This document shows positions 58,981-64,000 of a DNA stretch of 64,000 nucleotides, in pieces. The DNA lies in assembly GCA_965223345.1 (NCBI GenBank), contig CBDCWG010000012.1:2976001-3040000 (forward strand), written 5' to 3'. The notes beneath the pieces were generated by a model. That model was given only the letters and a program-made list of their open reading frames with translations. It was not told the DNA's origin and made no database searches. The translations under genes and the position numbers were made by a program. Position 1 is the first letter of the stretch. Each line of letters starts with the position of its first letter. This DNA comes from Nitrospinales bacterium. GTDB taxonomy: Bacteria; Nitrospinota; Nitrospinia; Nitrospinales; VA-1.

Positions 58981-59379
58981 TCAATCATCAAAATCAAAAA
59001 CGTCTGTTTCGCCAATGATATCGGTAAAAAGAAGGACGAGAAAAATAATCACAATACCGCCCACAATGGGTCCCACAATGCCCTCCCCAGTAGGGATTGA
59101 ATCCAACCGGCCTTTTAAATTTGCAATTTCAGCATCGGAAAGTGCGGCAATGCGTTTTGCCGCTTCTGTCGGCAGGATCCCATACTCCAATAGTTTTTCA
59201 CGAACATCTTCCCGTTCCAAAAGGTTCAATATTTCTACACGGTTCGGGTCTGTCCTTTGTTGAAATACGACATCGCCCGTAGGAATGAATCCCGCCCAGG
59301 CTGTGTGTGTGAAAACAATGAAGAAAATGAGTTGAATGCAAACAATTTTTAAGAAAGCCTTGTTCATAATTTTCTCCAT
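58981..59379 (-). CDS. PA2779-family protein
   Basis: Signal peptide, RIAALSDAEI, PTGEG, hydrophobic tail FLVLLFTDIIG.TDVF; upstream of the PA2778-like gene. Confidence 0.88.
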   Translation of the reverse strand: MEKIMNKAFLKIVCIQLIFFIVFTHTAWAGFIPTGDVVFQQRTDPNRVEILNLLEREDVREKLLEYGILPTEAAKRIAALSDAEIANLKGRLDSIPTGEGIVGPIVGGIVIIFLVLLFTDIIGETDVFDFDD

Positions 59380-60038
59380 AGAAAGTCAGCCGTAGCATCC
59401 CATTTAAAAGAAAAAACCTGTCTTAATATTATGATAAAGCCCTTTGGGATTTTCAGTCAAATATTTGTTTTTATTGACATTAATTGGTTTTTGCGGGGTG
59501 TTGGCAAAGTCGGCAAAATGGTTCAATTTAGGGGAATTGGAGTGCGAAAGAGAGGAGGCAGCCGAGATCAGGGGGGTCAATACTAACTAGGAAGCCTGGT
59601 CCTTCGGAGCCCGGTTTTTTCTGCGCCACAACGTCAACACTGTCAGTGCCCGTTTTGCATAATCCCAACTTTTCGATTTTAGCGTACAGTTCGAAACCGC
59701 TCGACGGTCACCTCGCCATCCACTGCATCGTCGCCCGCCAAATAAACCTTTATCCACTCAGGTTTAGTTCAATGAATGCTTGCTGAATGGCTGTGACCTA
59801 CCCTGCGAGTATGCTTGCCTGAAAAAAACTCGTAACTATATATCTAAGTGGTTTTCTAGTTAGTGCCGTCTCGATCAGCAAGCCGTGTGGATCTCCACGG
59901 GTCAGGTCGTAGCAAGCTCTGCGACCTCACCCTTTTTGCCTCCTGAATTTTTTCAGGAACCGCTCGGATGAGCTTGCCGTTTCAACGGCCTCACAGGCCG
60001 CAGAATTTCCGCTGCTGCCTACTATATGACGACTAATG

Positions 60039-60074
60039 AAAAAAAGGACTCACATCGAAATGATGTGAGCCCTT
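60039..60074 (-). terminator. Terminator downstream of the tRNA 3' end
   Basis: Minus strand AAGGGCTCACATC-loop-GATGTGAGTCCTT followed by a T run. Confidence 0.8.
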
Positions 60075-60082
60075 CTTTTGTT

Positions 60083-60127
60083 TGGTGCCCCCGAGACGAC
60101 TCGAACGTCCGACCTACGGATTAGGAA
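60083..60127 (-). other. att site: 3' half of tRNA-Arg(CCT), from the anticodon loop to CCA
   Basis: Minus strand TTCCTAA-TCCGT-AGGTC-GGACG-TTCGAGT-CGTCT-CGGGGGC-A-CCA. Sequence 5' of the loop cannot form the anticodon or D stems. The integrase starts about 190 bp away. Confidence 0.88.
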
Positions 60128-60319
60128 ACTGTCACTGTTAAAATATTTACTCCTTCCAAAACAATTCCAACCCCTTATATTCACAACCTAAACTCCATAT
60201 TTATAGCATTTATTTAGGTTTGCTCAAGTTGCTTGAAGTTTACTAAAGTTTAACCTATTATGCTACCCGAACATTACCCAGGATTATAATTTCAGAGTGA
60301 CAGACCAAAGTCCGTCCAT

Positions 60320-61492
60320 ATGAAATTCACCCACCTCAGTATTCAAAAACTAAAAGCCAAAGAAGATCGGTACGACGTTTTAGAAACCGGAGGACGTGGT
60401 TTTGGCGTTCGTGTGACCAAAAAAGGAACAAAAACGTGGATATTTTTATACCGGTTTGAAGGACGCCCACGAAGAATGACACTTGGGCGAGTGGAAGACT
60501 TACCTTTGGTTGAGGCCCGCGAACGTTGCGAGGAAGCCAGAAAATTGCTTCGGGCTGGGACTGACCCTGGACAAGCCGCTAAAACACAAAAGCGTATCAA
60601 TCGGGAGGCTCCCACCGTCGAGGATATCGTAGATGAATACCTCACTAGATGGGCGCAGGTACGAAAGGTTCCAGATTCAGCCAAAGAGGACGAGCGAATG
60701 CTCAGAAAAGATCTGATCCCACTCTACGGCTCCTGGAAAGCAAAAGATGTCACTAGGAAGGATATCCTTCGGCTTCTTGATGGCATGCTCAAAAGAGGCG
60801 CTACAGTGACCACAAACCGGACCTATGCTTGCATCCGGAAATGCTTCGGTTGGGCAGTAGAAAATGAATTAATTCCCTCCTCCCCCTGTATCAACATCAG
60901 GCCGCCAGCGCCTGAAAAACCCCGAGAACGCGTCTTATCCGAACCTGAAATCAAAGTAATCTGGCACGGTTTAGACAAAACCAATATGAGTGATCTAACC
61001 AGGCTATGTTTAAAACTTCAATTCGCCACAGGGGCTCGAAAAGGAGAATGTGTGAATCTAGAGTGGAGGGACATATCTGGAGACTGGTGGACCCTACCCT
61101 CTTCTAAAGTCAAAAATAAGCAGGCTCATCGAGTTCCATTAAACCCTATTGCCAAATTGATCCTAGATCAAGCAAACAAGTTATCAAATGGAAAGCAATG
61201 GGTATTTCCCTCTCCTCGAGGGGATAAACCAATGGGGGCAACCGCGGTTGATTTTGCAGTGCGACGAAACCGTCAAATTCTTGGAAATGAGTGGTCACCT
61301 CACGACATACGCAGAACCGTTGCGAGCATGATGGCCCTATTAGGCGTTGATCAGGCAACTATTTCCAAATGTCTTAACCATGTCCAAAGAGACATTACAT
61401 CTAGACATTACAACCAATATCAATATGACAGTGAAAAACGAGAAGCCCTTGACAGGTGGGGGCGGAAGCTCAAAGAGATTATTGAGGACTGA
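60320..61492 (+). CDS. Tyrosine integrase (P4-like, N-terminal arm-binding domain)
   Basis: GFGVRVTKKGTKTWIFLYR arm domain; catalytic TGARKGE, KVKN, HDIRRT, LNH, HY. Confidence 0.96.
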   Translation: MKFTHLSIQKLKAKEDRYDVLETGGRGFGVRVTKKGTKTWIFLYRFEGRPRRMTLGRVEDLPLVEARERCEEARKLLRAGTDPGQAAKTQKRINREAPTVEDIVDEYLTRWAQVRKVPDSAKEDERMLRKDLIPLYGSWKAKDVTRKDILRLLDGMLKRGATVTTNRTYACIRKCFGWAVENELIPSSPCINIRPPAPEKPRERVLSEPEIKVIWHGLDKTNMSDLTRLCLKLQFATGARKGECVNLEWRDISGDWWTLPSSKVKNKQAHRVPLNPIAKLILDQANKLSNGKQWVFPSPRGDKPMGATAVDFAVRRNRQILGNEWSPHDIRRTVASMMALLGVDQATISKCLNHVQRDITSRHYNQYQYDSEKREALDRWGRKLKEIIED

Positions 61493-62269
61493 TTGGTGAG
61501 AAATAAATCAGGGTATGAAAAAAAGGGCCGCGACCTTTTGAAGAAAATTAAGAGAATCGAAAATAGTTTGATCAAAAAACATGGGATCACCAACAACGAG
61601 GCCGCATGTAATGATCCTCAGTATGGGAAATATAGTGATTTGCTTTCTGAATACTACAAATTAAAGGAGAATCCACAACGTTTTGAAGATTTATATTTAG
61701 AAATATTGCCAGATGAGTTTTGGGAACAATGGGAGTTTCATAAAGGGAAAGAAAAATATTTACACGACATAAACTTGAATGAAGTATTAGAAAAAGCAAA
61801 AAAGAAAACAGGAAAAGCAAATATTGAAATAGAGCTTCCTTTTGAAGAATTCAAAACACTTTTGGATGCCTTATTAATAGCCAGAAAATATCAGAACACA
61901 ATTTCAGACAATAAACGAATATTAGAAATTTGGACTCCTGATTTTGTACTAGGCAAAAAGATTAGAGAAAAAAATATAAAAATAGCCAAAGATAGAAAAG
62001 GAAAACTGGGCCCCCTGGGAACTTGCATTTTAGGTCTTAAAAATATTGCAGGTATAAAGCGTAGTGACCAAGTGATAAAAACCTTTGAAGACGATTCTAA
62101 AAATAAGAGCGTGTATATGGATGATCTTCGTAGTCATCGTACCTACCAGATTGATTTCCGAATTCAGGAAGTCTCCCACGAAAAAAAGAAAGTATTTTAC
62201 ACAACCTCCAATAGCGAATCTTCTTGGACCTTCAAAACAATCCAAAATGTTATATCTGAATTGAAGTAA
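61493..62269 (+). CDS. AT-rich hypothetical protein between integrase and AlpA
   Basis: 258-aa ORF in very AT-rich DNA; Lys/Glu rich; no recognised motif. Confidence 0.7.
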   Translation: MVRNKSGYEKKGRDLLKKIKRIENSLIKKHGITNNEAACNDPQYGKYSDLLSEYYKLKENPQRFEDLYLEILPDEFWEQWEFHKGKEKYLHDINLNEVLEKAKKKTGKANIEIELPFEEFKTLLDALLIARKYQNTISDNKRILEIWTPDFVLGKKIREKNIKIAKDRKGKLGPLGTCILGLKNIAGIKRSDQVIKTFEDDSKNKSVYMDDLRSHRTYQIDFRIQEVSHEKKKVFYTTSNSESSWTFKTIQNVISELK

Positions 62270-62409
62270 TCCTCCCCCCTCAGCTCCAACCAATATTCTT
62301 CAAATATTTTCAAAATTCCCTATAAGCATTCCCGGAATGCCACGTTTCCGGGATTTTGGTTTGCTTTAATTGAGTTCAGAACTTGTTATTAATTTATAGG
62401 AGCTGACTC

Positions 62410-62604
62410 ATGCTGCGAGCGAAAGACCTAGAAAAACGCTGGGGGATTTGCCGGACTACTCTTTGGCAGTGGGAACGAAAACAGATCATTCCTCCCTCGG
62501 TAAGGCTGGGGCCCCGCATAAAGGGATGGCCTGAGAAAGCAATTGAGGAATTTGAAGCCAATTGTCCGGCAGCTCTGGTAGGGGTTGGAAAGGGCAAAGA
62601 ATGA
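62410..62604 (+). CDS. alpA: AlpA-family regulator / recombination directionality factor
   Basis: LRAKDL..GICRTTLWQW..IPPSVRLGPRIKGWPE; AGGAG RBS. Confidence 0.88.
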   Translation: MLRAKDLEKRWGICRTTLWQWERKQIIPPSVRLGPRIKGWPEKAIEEFEANCPAALVGVGKGKE

Positions 62605-63587
62605 GAAAGAAACTGCCTGCATTCCAGTTTTATCCGGGTGATTGGAAAAAGGATCCTGGAATCCAGGCATTGACTTACGAGGAGAGAGGCATTTGGTTCG
62701 AGATCCTCCTCATAATGTTCGAGTCCGAAGATCGTGGGAAACTCACGATCAACCGAAAGAAATTGCCGATAGATTTGCTTGCCGTTTGCTTGGGACTTGA
62801 CGAAAAAATAACTGAAAAATTTCTCAATAAATTACTCGACTTAGGCGTCGCAAAAAAGGAAAGAAAGACCGGAATCATCTACTCAAAACGTATGGTTTCG
62901 GATGAAAAATTGAGAAAAGTGAAGGCTGAGGCAGGGCGTAAAGGTGGAGAAAATAAGAAGTTAGAGAAGAACGATAAAGGGGAAGTAAAACCCAAGCAAA
63001 AGCGAAGCAAAACGAAAGCAAAAGGTGAAGCAAATCCGGGGTCTTCATCTTCAGTTTCAGTTTCATCTTCTTCTTCAAATTATAAACAAACAACCCCCCC
63101 CTACCCCCCCCCAAAGGGGGGTGGGGAGTGGGAGGTTTTTTTTGAGGAGGATTGGGGCAAATACCCCTACAAGGTCGGTGCCGATAAGTCGAAAGCAAAG
63201 TCCTCATACAAAAAAACGGTGGCTTATGACATTGGCACCAGGCGCCCGATGTTCCAGGAAAAGACCAAAAAGTATCTGATGATTTGTAAACAGAAAGGTC
63301 GGCTTTTGAAAAATGCAGAAACTTGGTTCCGGAGCTGGGAAAACATCCATTTGGAAACAAACGAAATGGACTCACTTAAAAAACGATTGGACGAGATCGA
63401 TCGAGAAATGAAACAGGATAATCCCGCTTCGCTTGAAGAGCAATACGAATCGTTGAGGTTAAGTTTAGAAGCTCTGGATAAAGAGAACGATGGTTCAGAT
63501 GCTCACTTGACAGAAGTTGATAGAGAAAATCTGCAGGAAGAAATAGAAAAACTTAAAAAAATTATAAACGAAAAAACGCGGGCATGA
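62601..63587 (+). CDS. Phage-type replication initiator/organiser-like protein
   Basis: N-terminal PAFQFYPGDW..LTYEERG.W.EIL..M..S, Ser/Pro linker, WGKYP..K.KA..Y C-terminal domain; ATGA overlap with alpA. Confidence 0.75.
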   Translation: MRKKLPAFQFYPGDWKKDPGIQALTYEERGIWFEILLIMFESEDRGKLTINRKKLPIDLLAVCLGLDEKITEKFLNKLLDLGVAKKERKTGIIYSKRMVSDEKLRKVKAEAGRKGGENKKLEKNDKGEVKPKQKRSKTKAKGEANPGSSSSVSVSSSSSNYKQTTPPYPPPKGGGEWEVFFEEDWGKYPYKVGADKSKAKSSYKKTVAYDIGTRRPMFQEKTKKYLMICKQKGRLLKNAETWFRSWENIHLETNEMDSLKKRLDEIDREMKQDNPASLEEQYESLRLSLEALDKENDGSDAHLTEVDRENLQEEIEKLKKIINEKTRA

Positions 63588-63838
63588 AAAAACCAAGTGT
63601 TTTTCCGAATCAGGCCAGCAAGTAACCCAGGGTTGGTAACCCGTTTCCCGGATCCGGCGTGTTCTTGGAGGGTGAAACCTGGCTATTTATTAAAATCCTC
63701 AAAAGCAATTCGCGTCCTAAATCGAGATACCTTGGCGGGTGGACCGAGGCCGGATGCGGATTGAAGGAGGTAGCGGAAATATTTTTTGTAGAGAGTTTAA
63801 CTTAAAAACCAATCAACCTATTTATTTGAGGTGAAAAT

Positions 63839-64000
63839 ATGGAATCCGTTGCAGAACAAGAACGAAAAAGAATCAGGGCAATTCATCTCTTGGGCTATGA
63901 GTTCGGGAGGCAACAGGATGCAGAAGCCGCAATTGAAAACGGAATGAGCGTAGATACGTTTCGGGAGAAGTACGTTAAATCGATTGGCCAGGGGCACAAT
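63839..64000 (+). CDS. Partial ORF, probable N-terminus of a phage major capsid/scaffold protein
   Basis: GAGGTG RBS; MESVAEQERKRIRAIHLLG..AEAAIENGMSVDTFREK resembles the ER.RI..I..AI..G.S...FR segment preceding HK97-fold capsid domains; truncated by the window end. Confidence 0.55.
   Translation, partial: MESVAEQERKRIRAIHLLGYEFGRQQDAEAAIENGMSVDTFREKYVKSIGQGHN

Larger units (their letters stand above)
60083..64000 (+). mobile_element. Left part of a tRNA-integrated element (phage satellite/PICI-like or defective prophage), continuing beyond the window
   Basis: att fragment, integrase, AlpA, replication protein, capsid-like ORF; visibly AT-richer than the host backbone. Confidence 0.85.

Noticed and set aside
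59380..60038. Possible ncRNA or pseudogene in the long spacer with several short hairpins
   Set aside because: No recognisable RNA family motif or credible ORF by eye.
60083..60160. Intact tRNA-Arg gene
   Set aside because: The 5' half (acceptor 5' strand, D arm, anticodon 5' strand) is absent; treated as an att fragment.

Overview
GC-rich bacterial chromosome segment. The gene content and protein style (many Sel1-repeat proteins, a CPQxRxT-type monoheme cytochrome c, fhs, SigZ) suggest a Nitrospina-like marine nitrite oxidiser, which is an inference only. Main blocks: (1) 0.5-7.8 kb: cytochrome c, a possible metal-uptake unit (Pro-tailed His/Cys leader ORF, outer-membrane barrel, TlpA) and a MASE3 plus FixL-type PAS kinase system. 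(2) 8-19 kb: a complete curli (functional amyloid) locus with three curlin-repeat proteins, one with about 24 repeats, plus csgE-F-G, a second CsgG-like gene, an HTH-only LuxR and a perfect CRP-type site. (3) 20-44 kb: Sel1 proteins, slyD, fhs, stress genes, SigZ-ArsI, DUF3015-DUF4105, divergent sigma54 sites and glpE. (4) 44.4-48 kb: a compact azole-RiPP cluster (70-aa precursor ending VAVCCTCWAAE, RRE/E1-like protein, YcaO, SagB-type dehydrogenase), the best candidate for an undescribed system. (5) 48-59 kb: TonB receptor-YfiR-kinase, another kinase and PA2778/PA2779. (6) From 60.08 kb: a phage-satellite-like element integrated in tRNA-Arg(CCT), with the att fragment, tyrosine integrase, orphan ORF, AlpA, a replication protein and the start of a probable capsid gene. 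No CRISPR array, rRNA or intact tRNA was seen. All family calls come from motif recognition by eye, not database searches.
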